DNA of 64,000 bases from Mobula hypostoma. Taxonomy: Eukaryota. Shown one piece after another: positions 39,520-50,721 of the stretch. The number at the start of each line of letters is the position of its first letter. Within the stretch, counting starts at the first letter, position 1. A program made the position numbers and the translations under genes. The notes under the pieces were generated by a model. The model was not told the DNA's origin and did not search any database. It saw only the letters and a list, made by a program, of their open reading frames with translations. The DNA is taken from positions 33,232,001 through 33,296,000 of the forward strand of contig NC_086108.1 of NCBI RefSeq assembly GCF_963921235.1, read 5' to 3'.

Positions 39520-40760
39520 TCTCTCTGAGAGGCAGGATTTATGAACATTTGGAGACGTATAATATTAGCATGGCTTTGTCAAAGGCAGGTCGTGCCTTAC
39601 AAACCTGATTGAATTTTTTGAGGATGAAGGTAGGGCAGTGGATGTAGTGTATATGGATTTCAGCAAGGCATTTGATAAGGTACCCCATGTAAGGCTTATT
39701 GGGAAAGTAGGGAGGCATGGGATCCAAGGGGACATTGCTTTGTGGATCCAGAATTGGTTTGCCCACAGAAGGCAAAGAGTGGTTGTAGACTGGTCATATT
39801 CTACATGGAGGCCGGTGACCAGTGGTGTGCTTCAGGGATCTGTTGTGGGACCCCCTACTCTTTGTGATTTCTATAAATGACCTGGATGAGGAAGTGGAGG
39901 GTTGGGTTAATAAATTTGCTGATGACTCAAAGGTTGGGGGTGTTGTGGATAGTGTGGAGGGCTGTCAGAGGTTACAGTGGGACATTGATAGAATGCAAAA
40001 CTGGGCTGAAAAATGGCAGGTGGAGTTCAACCCAGATAAGTATGAGGTGGTTCATTTTGGTAGGTCAAATAGGATGGTAGAATATAGTATTAATGGTAAG
40101 ACTTCTAGCAGTGTGGAAGATCAGAGGGATCTTGGGGTCCAAGTCCATAGGACACTCAAAGCTGCTGCACAGGTTGACTCTGTGGTTAAGCAGTCATACG
40201 GTGCATTGGCTTTCATCAGTCGTGGATTTGAGTTTAGCAGCAGAGAGATAATGTAGCTATATAGGACCCTGCTTAGACCCCACTTGGGGTACTGTGCTCA
40301 GTTCTGGTCACCTCACTACAGGAAGGATGTGGAAACCATAGAAAGGGTGCAGAGGAGATGTACAAGGATGTAACCTGGTTTGGAGGGCATGCCTTATGAG
40401 AATAGGTTGAGTGAATTCGGCCTTTTCTCCTTGGAGTGACGGAGGATGAAAGGTGACCTGATAGAGGTGTATAAGATGATGAGAGGCATTGATCATGTGG
40501 ATAGTCAGAGGCTTTTTCCCAGGGCTGAAATGGCGAGCATGAGGGGGCACAGTTTTAAGGTGCTTGGAAGCAGGTACAGGGGAGATGTCAGGGGTAAATT
40601 TTTTACACAGAGAGTGGTGAATGTGTGGAATGGACTGCCGGCAATGGTGGTGGAGGCGGAAACAATAGGGTCTTTTAAGAGACTCCTGGATAGGTACATG
40701 TTCAGCACAGCTTTGTGGGCCAAAGGGCCTGTATTGTGCTGTAGGCTTTCTATGTTTCTA
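39520..40760 (+). mobile_element. CR1 LINE RT and 3' end (5'-truncated)
   Basis: VDVVYMDFSKAFDKVPH, SGVLQGSV, INDLDEEVEGWVNKFADD, KGDLIEVYKMMRG; tail tctatgtttctat. Confidence 0.92.
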
Positions 40761-41100
40761 TCCTTCTTACACCCCACCTTTGTACCATAAGCTGTCTTAC
40801 ATATATTACTCTTGATCCAGATTATTGAATGATACTGTGACATTTGAAGCCCAGCAGCACCAGACAAGCACAAACTCCCAACCTAAAAAGTCTAATTGTT
40901 GTTTTGTCTTACAGTCCATTTATTAATCCTTCCAATATGCCAATCCCCCACCCTTTATACTGTGTGTCCTAATTTTGTTTATTGCTCATTTTTTTGTAGT
41001 TTATCTAAGGAATTATTTGGATTCTGAAAATCCAAATAAACCACATCATTTGTTTCACCGTTATCTATTTTGCTAGTCACAACAAATAAAAATCATAACA

Positions 41101-41330
41101 CAAACACGAGGAAATCTGCAGATGCTGGAAATTCAAGCAACACACACAAAATGCTGGTGGAACACAGCAGGCCAGGCAGCATCTATTGGAAGAGGTACAG
41201 TCAACATTTCAGGCCGAGACCCCTCAGGCTAACAAAGAAGAGATAGTAAGAAATTTGAAAGTGGCGGGGGGGGGGGAGATCCGAAATGATAGGAGAAGAC
41301 AGGAGAGGGAGGGATGGAGCTAAGAGCTGG
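41101..41330 (-). mobile_element. PLE-derived single-arm truncated insertion
   Basis: Same family end (aaacacgaggaaatctgcagatgctgg...). Flanked by AAAATCATAACA / AAAATAATAACA (12 bp, 1 mismatch). Hammerhead core deleted. Confidence 0.7.
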
Positions 41331-42297
41331 AAAATAATAACAGACTTGACAGCCTTGAACTTCAACATGAACCCATGATAACACTGCCCAATACATTTAT
41401 TATTTTTCACATGCCGGTTACAACTTTCTTATTAACAGCATTCCTCTCCCCCCCCCCCCGCAAATCAGGCTATCTATACTTACCTTTTTCCCCTGTCCCT
41501 TTGAAGAAATAGGGTTGCATTCGCTGTTTTTCAATCTATGGGAAATATATTAAAATTATTCAAAAAAAATAAGACCGGAATCTGGAGCAAAAAACACTGG
41601 GAGGAACTTGTGAGCAGAATCCGTAGAGAAACTGTATGTACTCCAGGTTGAGATACAGGGTTAGGAATGAAAGGTGGAGTATGAAGGAGCTGGTATAAAG
41701 AATGGAGGAGAGGTGAGAGGAGGCAGTGGGTGATAGGTAGACAGAGAAGAAATATGAGGTGATATATGAGGCAGATAGAGCCAGGTGGAGAAAGGGAGCG
41801 TGAAGGCGTATTTGGAAAAGTCATTAAAAACCATTGGAAATTTGCATCCAATATCTCCATAGACACCATTAAAACTCGGATGCAGGTAATCAAGTCCCGA
41901 GGACTCGTCCTGCAGACCTATTAATTTCTCCTTTTTAATTCTATTACTATTTTCTTTGATTTCCTCATTCACTCCAGACCTACAGTTTCCTACTGTTGGA
42001 GGTAAAATATTTTTTTTATCTCCCATTCCTTATTCCGCATGATCTCCCATCTTGGTCAGTGAGGCACTCGCATATACTTAATTAACATTTTCTCCGTTAT
42101 ATATCCATTGAAGTTCTCTCGGTCTGTCTTTACCCTACTCGTATTCTAGTTTCCTTTACCTTTTTCATTATTTTGATGAATCATTAAGTTTTCTCAGTCC
42201 TAGAACAGCCTATTTTTATACTAGCAACGTTGTACACCTGTTTCCTTTTATCTGATACTTAAACCCGTCTTCTTTAACCATTAGTTTAAATTGGGTA

Positions 42298-42499
42298 ACA
42301 CACATCAAAGTTGCTGGTGAACGCAGCAGGCCAGGCAGCATCTATAGGAAGAGGTGCAGTCGACGTTTCAGGCCGAGACCCTTCGTCCTGAAACGTCGAC
42401 TGCACCTCTCCTATAGATGCTGCCTGGCCTGCTGCGTTCACCAGCAACTTTGATGTGTGTTGCTTGAATTTCCAGCATCTGCAGAATTCCTGTTGTTTG
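42298..42499. mobile_element. PLE-derived inverted-arm insertion #3 (ALDH9A1 promoter)
   Basis: Arms 42298-42372 and 42387-42460 pair with one bulge. Perfect 15-bp direct repeat AGTTTAAATTGGGTA at 42283-42297 and 42500-42514. Confidence 0.88.
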
Positions 42500-42514
42500 A
42501 GTTTAAATTGGGTA

Positions 42515-42931
42515 TCAGCTCACTTTCCAACGGGGCGGGCTCCAAGCTTGATCGGCAGACGTATTATTCAATCAGCTTCACCCTGCCAGGTACTTCCGGC
42601 ATCTGCCGTCTCGCTTGTATCTCTGCTCAGCCCGGCTACAACTTGTCAGTATACGCCCTTTTTACTCCGGATTCCTGCAAGCTTCCTCCAATCAGAGCGA
42701 GAAATGGCCTTGCAACTGTAGTTCAAGGGTTGATACAAAGTTCGTTTATTACGGAGTCCAGTTATTCGATTGCATTTTTAAAAAAGGATCTGCTTGCTCC
42801 CCTTAGACATTTTGAAACAAAGAAAATACGGCAGATTCTGCTGCAGAAGTTTTTACTTTTTGCAAACTGCCCTTCCATTCCTGTTTTACTGAAGCACAGT
42901 GGGCAGCATAGCTGGGCCCAGCAAGGCCTCG
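42515..42931 (+). promoter_or_regulatory. ALDH9A1 promoter / 5' UTR region
   Basis: GC box GGGGCGGG (42532), ETS-like ACTTCCGG (42592), CCAATC (42688), CpG-rich, directly upstream of exon 1. Confidence 0.55.
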
Positions 42932-43097
42932 ATGGAAGTCTTACGCACTCGGCTGATTCCAATTTCTCTGCTCCGTGCCGCCTCCACGGGTGCTTTCCAG
43001 CTCAAGGAACCGCTCAACTACCGACACGGAGGCCGGGTGCAGCCGTGTGCAAGCGGAGGGGGCAGCAAGAGGGAGCAAGTGCATGAGCCCGCCACAG
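42932..43097 (+). CDS. ALDH9A1: ALDH9A1 (4-trimethylaminobutyraldehyde / betaine aldehyde dehydrogenase), coding exon 1
   Basis: MEVLRTRLIPISLLRAASTGAFQLKEPLNYRHGGRVQPCASGGGSKREQVHEPAT-G with GTACAG donor (phase 1). STG.F...PLNY...EPATG matches ALDH9A1. Syntenic position downstream of TMCO1. Start codon choice is less certain than the 3' end. Confidence 0.88.
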
Positions 43098-43194
43098 GTA
43101 CAGTGCTTGGATGTGGACTGAAGGTATTCCCTGCAGCCACCGCGACTAGAATTATGACTGTTAAACGTAGAAATTAGGAACAGGAGTAGACTAT

Positions 43195-43343
43195 GCATTA
43201 TGAGGAAAGATTGAGTAGATTAGGACTTTATTCCTTGGAATGTAGAAAACTGAGGGAAGATTTGATTGAGGTATACAAAATTATGAAAGGTAAATGCGAG
43301 CAGGCTTTTTCCATTGAGGTTGGGTGGGACGACAACTAAAGGT
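43195..43343 (+). mobile_element. CR1 3' fragment ending at the hAT terminus
   Basis: YEERLSRLGLYSLECRKLREDLIEVYKIMKG. Confidence 0.7.
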
Positions 43344-46300
43344 CAGTGGCGGCGCCAGAGATTTTTTCTTGCTGGTGCTATGGAGGGGCTGAATGATTCA
43401 GTGATGGTGCTGAGGGGTGCACTGTATTGTAATATGTATTCGCAAGGCCAGACGCGTGGCGTTAAAAAGTCAGTTTCAAGCATTATGTGCCTACTATAAA
43501 TGCCTCTGTTGATTCACAAGCAACAGCAATTGATAGATCTAATATAGAAGTGAACTGTTACAGTGTCAACGGCATCGGAGACAACCTGGGCTACATGGAG
43601 CATAAACAAAAAAAAAACAAACAGAGCATCCGAGCAACAGCGGACAACGTGAATCACGCACCAATCCCGCCATCAGCGTGAAATGCTGCTTTTCAACTGA
43701 AAAACACAACACGAACCCACTGCTATTCGCATTAGATAGCAATGCCAAAAGATACACCGTTATTAAAGTCAAATAAGGCAAACAACAGATGCAAGGCTTT
43801 ACCAGGAGTTGGACAAATCGTACCCTGACAATGCAATACCTCAATTAATTCTGCTATTGAATTTAAGACAAGAATCAACAGAATCACCATTTGGAAGTCT
43901 AAGCAAAACCAGTAGGCTTAATAGCAGTAAATGTAATATTTTAGGATTTGCAGGAAACATAAGGACTATGAGGTATCCACCACAAAATAATAATAATAAT
44001 CAGCATTAGTCTTGGCCCATATTTTTAAAAAATCAACTGCACTCGCCATTGATGTTTTCGGAGAAGCACAATCTGTCTGTTGTTGTGATTGGTGGTGAAA
44101 GCATCAATGATTTTCTGGATGTCAAGTGCCCTGGTCCTCTGGCTGTTTATGGCCAACAGAGCCAAGTTGCTGTTCTGAGCATCGCCGCTGCTATTTCTTA
44201 AGTAGTGTTTGAGGCAAGAGAAACTCTGTTCGCATGAGGCAGATGTAACAGGCAGAGTTAGTGATATGCAGATTAGTTTGTATAAATCTATAAATGCATC
44301 GTGGTAGGGTCTCATTAGAGCTAGAAATTCCACTGTGTCATTCATTGTCTGTCCTTGCTTTTGTTTTATTTACAGCAGACGCCGAACCTGATGTAGCTCT
44401 GCAGTCAGGTTCACTTCAGTCACTCCATAGTATTGGGCCATTGGCCAAAGACAATTCTTGTCTAGGAAGAACTTGTGTTTGAGACTCAATGCTGAGACTC
44501 CATTCAGAACACCCCCAGTCTCAATTGAGAACTGTCTTTTCATTTCAGTCAGAAGTCTGTCTATAACTGGATAGAAACAGTGGTTGCGAAGGTCATCAGA
44601 GGATGTGACAGGTGTGCGTTCAGTTTGGGCCTCAACAACAAAATCATGTAGACGGCGGGGTGGCTGAGCCTGTCTCCTTTCATGTGGTCTGCTCTGTATA
44701 CCGGTCTTGACACACAGGTCCCTAGCTCTTACCTGAATTTCATTCCATGATTCCTCTCCCCGTTTTGCTGAGAGTGCATCGGTAACAGACTGAGCCAAGT
44801 CCACAGCAGATGAAAGCTCCAAACTGGGAGATTGTAGCTGGTCTGACATGAACTTGGTGACTTGGAATAAATCCTCAAACAGAGTGAGAAGTAAAGCAAA
44901 CTGCTCGTCAATCAGTCCATTTACAGCTCTGGCCTCCATTTTTCTCCGTGCATTTGGTTGACCCATAATATCCTGTAGTGTAGCTAGAATGGCAGGGAGT
45001 GATATCCTTATAGCCCTCAAAACTGTATACTGCCATGCCCAGCGTGTATCTGACAATTTCTTCAACTCCACGGGCTGTGCAGTTGATTCCAGTTCTCGCT
45101 GCTTCTTTATGAAAAAATCGTGGGCAACAGAGTTTGAAAAGAAGTTGTAAAGCAGCTGCACAGTTTCAGAAAACTCACCCTTCCTGCTTGTTGTACATTG
45201 CTCACAACATCCACAAAAACAAGGTTAAGTCTGTGAGCATGGCAGTGTATATATAATGCCTGCGGGACCTCTTTCCTGAACCTCTCTTGTACCCCGTTAT
45301 TGCACCCGGACATCACTGCCACCCCGTCATAACACTGACGTATACACGCGTTCTTATCAATAACACACTGGACGAGTGTCTATTCAATGCTTTTAAGAAG
45401 CAACTCTGCGTCCAACCCTTCTGCTGGAGTGAAGTGCAAGAATTCTTCAAGCACTGTTTCGTTATTCAAATACCGCACCAGCACTGATATTTGCTCCTTT
45501 TTACTCGTCTTTACTTTCATCCACCATGATGGCAAAATGTCCAGCCTCCTTGATTTCTGCACTTATTTGACGTCTGACCGTATCTGCCATAATACCCATA
45601 ATTTCATTTTGGATATCGTGATGGGTGTTTTTTGCATTTCCAGAATTGTCCTTTTTTTTTTAGCTACAGTCTTATCAAACTGCCCAATTACACTGAGCAA
45701 CTCAACAAAGTTTCCCCTATTGCCAGATCTATCATTCTCCCGGTGTCCTCACTGGGCAGTGCCTTGGCACGCGGTATAGCGTAGAGACTCAACCACTGCT
45801 TTCATATACTCACAATTTTCTTGGACAATCTTTGCATGTCCTTTGTCAAGCATACTTCCCAATCTTGAACCGTCTTGTTTTCTCAATCTGAATTCGGCCC
45901 ATGCCGCCATAGCAAACTTATGAGCTGCACTTACATGGTGGGTTTTGAAAGCTGTTGTAGCTTTCCGCCAGTTGCGGTAACCGGTGACAGTGAAGGTAGA
46001 CACAGAATGGAACCCATGTCCTCCACACAGGAAATGCCTGCATGCGAAGCAGGATGTAGCATCTTTTGTGATTGAATATTCCGGCCAGGAGTACAGGTCA
46101 AACCAGCCACGAATACTCCTTTGCTGATTGCCAAACTATTGCGAAGGGTACTTTTTCAATGCTGGCCGACGGGGTCCTTCCTCAGGCTGCTGGCTAACAT
46201 CGCTAACAGTATTCCCACTAGCACTAAGAGCAGCTTCATCCACATTCTCTTCCAAATCCCGCTCCATTTCTTGTTCCTCTACTTCGCCCTCACACTCCTT

Positions 46301-46408
46301 CGATGAACTGCTGTCGTCCTCATCCCCACTTACTTCTTTCTGCATGTCACTTTCAATTAAGACATGCTCTGGCTGAGACACCACTGATTCCTCTGGATGA
46401 ACCAGCAT
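43344..46408 (-). mobile_element. hAT-superfamily transposon (ZMYM1-like / DUF4371-type transposase), frameshifted, in ALDH9A1 intron 1
   Basis: Terminus CAGTGGCGGCGCCAG at 43344. Minus-strand fragments: TTF-zinc-finger-like region (TGYRNWRKA...HHVSAAH), FAIMVDES, QCYDG, YIHCHAHRLNL, LSDTRW, dimerisation domain LTLPVTSASCEQSFS. Other terminus not found. Confidence 0.9.
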
Positions 46409-46575
46409 GGATAGCTTTACTCAACTCAACACTGATCTGATTCCACAACTATGGACTCACTTTCAAAGACTTCACAACTCTTGTTCTCAATGTTATTTAT
46501 TTACTTATTACTTTTATTTGCACCATTTGTCTTCTTTTGAACATTAGTTCTTTGTGTTTTACTTTAGCAGTTTTC

Positions 46576-47091
46576 TGTAAAAGCAGCGTGTCCCACTACC
46601 AAGTGTTTTGGCTTCGGCTAAAGATAAAGAGCCATGTTGTCCAACTTAGGAATATTGTGTCAGCCAATCAGGAGTGGGATGGCATGGAACATACTCGGGA
46701 GCTGGGCAGGAAGTTTTTTTTCCTGAAGAACAGTAGTCTGGTTTGGGTCTTTTGGCAGGAGGGGCAAAGAGAAGACGATTGGAGTATCCCATCCGAAGGG
46801 GAGACCCAATCGCAAGGACTGCTTAACGAGGTGGAGGATTTAAAGGGCTGTTAGACCTGTGGTTGGTGAGGAGAATTCAGCGCCATGAGTAAAGCTACTC
46901 CCAGCTGCTACAGAAATGAGCTCTGACACTTATGTGCACATTCAGACTTGTTCAACTGTAATCGGCCCCTTTATATTTCTTTTTCCTTCTCTGTTAACAG
47001 TTTGATAAAGTTGAAAATAGGTAAATGTACTTGCTTTATAATGAGCCAAGTTGGTGGAGCAGCTGGTGAGAGGGTTGCATATAGTTTAACA
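46576..47091. mobile_element. Possible solo LTR inserted in a LINE tail
   Basis: TGTAA...TTAACA bounded block with CCAAT and ATAAA-like motifs, interrupting a Rex1-like 3' tail. No clean TSD seen. Confidence 0.3.
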
Positions 47092-47367
47092 CTGATTTTC
47101 CATTGTATTTCTGTGTTTTCCTGTGAGGAGTATGGAGGGCTAGGATCAGGATACAGGTCGATGATTGAAGGGTAATATTTGCCCCTTCCCTGGTGGTGTG
47201 GGTCCTAGGGCTCCTGTATCTCCATCCCAATGGCAACAGCGAGAAGAGAGTGTGGGCTGGATGATGGGGATCCTGTAGCTGCACTCCTTGTAGATGTGTT
47301 CACTGGTGGGGAGGGATTTGCCTTCCTCACCACAGAGTCAACCTACAAATGAATCTTTAGGGAATCC

Positions 47368-48900
47368 TTCACAAGGACTCCCAAGTCCCTTTGCATCTCA
47401 GCTTTTTGTATTTTTTCTCCATTTAGAAAACAGTCAACCCTCTCATTTCTTCTACCAAAGTGCATGACCATACACTTCCCGACACTGTATTCCATCTGTC
47501 ATTTCTCTGCCCATTCTACACACACATTGCACTCATATCTCCCAAAGGGGTTGGGTGATGATGTGAATATGGAGTTACCCAGGAAATTAGAGACAAGAAG
47601 AGAACAACAGTAATCATGGGTAACTTTAATCTTTACATAGATTGGGCTAGCCCAAGTTGGTAATAATACAGGCAAATGGAACCTGCTGAGGTAGGCACCG
47701 TGGTTGGCATGGAGCAGGGCCTGTCTCTGTGCTGTAAAACTCTGTGACTTTGTGATTAGTGTAAATACGTGCTAGATGGTCAGCGCGGACCTTATGGACT
47801 CAGGAGCCTGTTTCAGTCAATGGAGGTAACTTGAGCAAGCAAAAGTGGACTGGAGATTAATTAGTGGAAGGCATGCTCTATATTTCTAGAATCTCTTGGG
47901 GTTCTCCTTTACAGCTATCTCATATACTCCTTTTGCCTTCTGATTTCCTTCTTGAATACTCCTATGTCCCTTATGCTTGAGGAATTCACTTGACACCAGC
48001 TCTCTCTACCAGACGTGCACCTTTTTCTTTACCAGGCCTCAATGTACCTTGTGAACCAGGGTTGCCCAATCCTGCCAGCCTTGCCCTTCACTCTGACAGG
48101 AATATACCGTCCTTGAACTTTTCCTCTCATTTTTTTTAAAACCTCCCATTTGTTAGATGTTTCTTTATCTACAAACGACCTCTCCCAATCTACCTTTGCA
48201 AGTTCCTGTCTACCGTCATTAAAGTTTAGCTTGCCACAATATAGGATTTTAAATTGTGGATTAGTGTTATACAATTTTTCGATAACTGTTTAAAAACTAA
48301 TAGAATTATTGTCACTGATGGCAACATACTCCTTTACCGACACTTCAGCCTCATTTCACTGCTGTCCTCTCTCTAGTTGAGCCATCTACATAATACTTGA
48401 GAAAACTTTCCTGTACATAACGAATTCTACCATATCTAATCACTTTGCACTATGACATTCCTTGTCACTATTAGGGAAGTTAAGATCACCTACTGTTACA
48501 ATCCACAGCTATCTTGGATCTCCCTATGTATTTGCTCCTCAAATTTCCACTGATTGCTGCAGGCCTATTGTACAATTCCATTAAACACCACCTCCTTATT
48601 TCTGAGTTTCACTGCACACTCCTCCCAGGAATATGCTCTCTGTGTATTGCCGTGATGCTGTCCCGAATCAAAAATGCAACACTCTCCTTCTCTCATATCT
48701 TCAGCTTGGTAGCAACTGTAGTACAGAGCACTGAGCTGGCAGTCCTGCCCCTCTCTCAACCAGATTTCTGTTATGGCTGTACTATCCCAGTCCCATGTAC
48801 CTATCCATGCCATGAATTCATCTGCCCAGCCTGGCAGGTTTCTTACATTAAAATAAGTGTTAAGCCAGCAGACCTTGCTTGTTTGCTGTTGTGCCCCTGC
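47368..48900 (-). mobile_element. Cluster of decayed CR1 fragments (RT and endonuclease parts, mostly minus strand)
   Basis: cccaagtccctttgcatctc shared with 58830. Minus ORFs VPVR-like YIPVRVKGKAGR and AITEIWLREGQD (endonuclease). Confidence 0.65.
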
Positions 48901-49169
48901 CTGATCTTGCTTACAAGCTTCCCGCTTTCCCATCGGTTCCTCTCAGATTCAACCATTCAGCTACACACTAGCGGCTGTTTACACTTCCCAGTTAACCTAC
49001 TAGATGACACATCTTTGGCATATGGAAAGAAACTGCGTCACCCAAAGGAAACTCGTACACTCAGAGAGTGCGTTGGTAACTGCACCCAAAAGGCACCTGA
49101 GAACGGGGTGGTCTGGGTTTCTGGCACTTTTTGGCAGCAGCTATGGTCACTGCACTAGTGAATTATCTG

Positions 49170-49410
49170 AAGCAACACACACAAAACGCTGGAGGAACTT
49201 GACGGGTCGGGCCGGGACCTCACTTCAGGACTGAGAAAGAAGGGGGAAGATGGCAGAATAAAAGGTGGGGGGAGGTGAAGAAGGTATAGCTGGAAGGTGA
49301 TGGGTGAAGCCAGGTGGGTGGGAAAGGTCAAGGGCTGGAGAAGAAGGAATCTGATTGGAGAGGGGAGTGGACCATAGGAGAAGGGGACCCCGGGGGTGGG
49401 GGAGGTGGAG
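49170..49410 (-). mobile_element. Older PLE-derived arm
   Basis: agcaacacacacaaaacgctggaggaact...cttcaggactgagaaag, homologous to the 61185 element. Confidence 0.6.
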
Positions 49411-49824
49411 AAGTACTGTGCAATGTGCTCTGTGTTTGCATTCAGATTGCACTGGATTTCCCTACTTGCAGTGCAGCTTTGTAGCTTTGGAAGCAGATAC
49501 TGCTGAAAGATACCTGCAGCATTAAAGGAGTCGAACTGCCTCTGCTTGTGGAGTTGCTGGGGTTAGTTGGTGCAGAAACTTGCCACATTACTGCTTGTAA
49601 AACTGGGAAAATTGGCTCATTGAAACACTGAATGGAAGTGATTTGCGCTGGATTGACTCAGACCACCATCCTCCTGAGGCTGAGGTAGGCCCTGCCCCAG
49701 AGTAACAGGTGTTCAGAATGCGAGAGCAAACCCTCGTGAAGATACCACGAAGCAGTTTGCACCTAGCAGTTGCTAGTGCAGCCATTGTAACATGCTTTGC
49801 CTAGCGGTATGTAGTTTATAAGAG

Positions 49825-50025
49825 TTGTTCCTCACTGTGCCATGTGGCACATTGGGTGGAAACCTTGCCATTTCTTTAGCATTTGTCTTTCTTTTTAACG
49901 AGGCCGAGTTGCTAGCTCAGTGCTCAACCCAGCACAGATGGAAAGCGTGCAGGAAGCCAGCTGGATTCGAACCCGAGACCACTCACCTCGAAGTTTGGTG
50001 CAGATGCCACTACGCCACCGGCCAG
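49825..50025 (-). mobile_element. tRNA-derived SINE
   Basis: Minus strand GGCCGG-TGGCGTAGTGG (A box) ... GGTTCGAATCC (B box), followed by non-tRNA body. Confidence 0.7.
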
Positions 50026-50265
50026 CTAGTTTATGAGTAGTTTTGTACTAAGCCTAGTGGATTGAAGCAGGTTGTGCTCTGATTTCTTTTGAAACATGCA
50101 GACATTAAAAAAAAAATTATTCTCATAGCGCTTTTTCTATTTACTTCAGGTGTTCCCTCAAATGTACTGCTGAGACTTATTTGTCTCCTTTGCCTTCTTT
50201 CCTACATTCCAAAGTTTAAATTATTATAAAGTTGTTCCTGGTACTGATCGTTGTAGGATCCTATA

Positions 50266-50721
50266 CAGTGGCATGCAAAAGTCTGGGCACCCCGGTCAAA
50301 ATTTCTGTTACTGTGAAGAGCTAAGCGAGTAAAAGATGAACTGATTTCCGAAAGACATAAAGTTAAAGATGACACATTTCTTTAATACTTTAAGCAAGAA
50401 AACTTTTTTTTATTTCCATCTTTTACAGTTTCAAAATAACAAAAAAAGGAAAAGGATCCAAAGCAAAAGTTTGGGCACCCTGTATGGTCAGTACTTAGTA
50501 ACACCCACTTTGGCAAGTATCACAGCTTGTAAATGCTTTCTGTAGCCAGCTAAGAGTCTTTCAATTCTTGTTTGGGGGATTTTCGCCCATTTTTCCTTGC
50601 AAAAGGCTTCTAGTTCTGTGAGATTCTTGGGCCGTCTTGCATGCACTGCTCTTTTACTCGCTTAGCTATTCACAGTTACAAAAATTTTGACCAGGGGTGC
50701 CCAAACTTTTGCATGCCACTG
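50266..50721. mobile_element. Internally deleted Tc1-like element (IR/DR type), TA target duplication
   Basis: TA-CAGTGGCATGCAAAAGT...ACTTTTGCATGCCACTG-TA; about 70 bp of inverted match; inner direct repeat GCAAAAGTTTGGGCACCC at ~50463. Confidence 0.9.

Noticed and set aside
42457-43086. 209-aa ORF overlapping the ALDH9A1 promoter and exon 1
   Set aside because: Starts inside a repeat at a non-ATG codon, is out of frame with the recognisable ALDH9A1 peptide, and resembles no protein I know.
48514-49158. 214-aa plus-strand ORF
   Set aside because: Antisense to a decayed CR1 endonuclease region plus a SINE; chance open frame.
49955-50025. Possible tRNA gene (A and B boxes)
   Set aside because: No convincing acceptor stem or cloverleaf, and it continues into a SINE body; called as a SINE.
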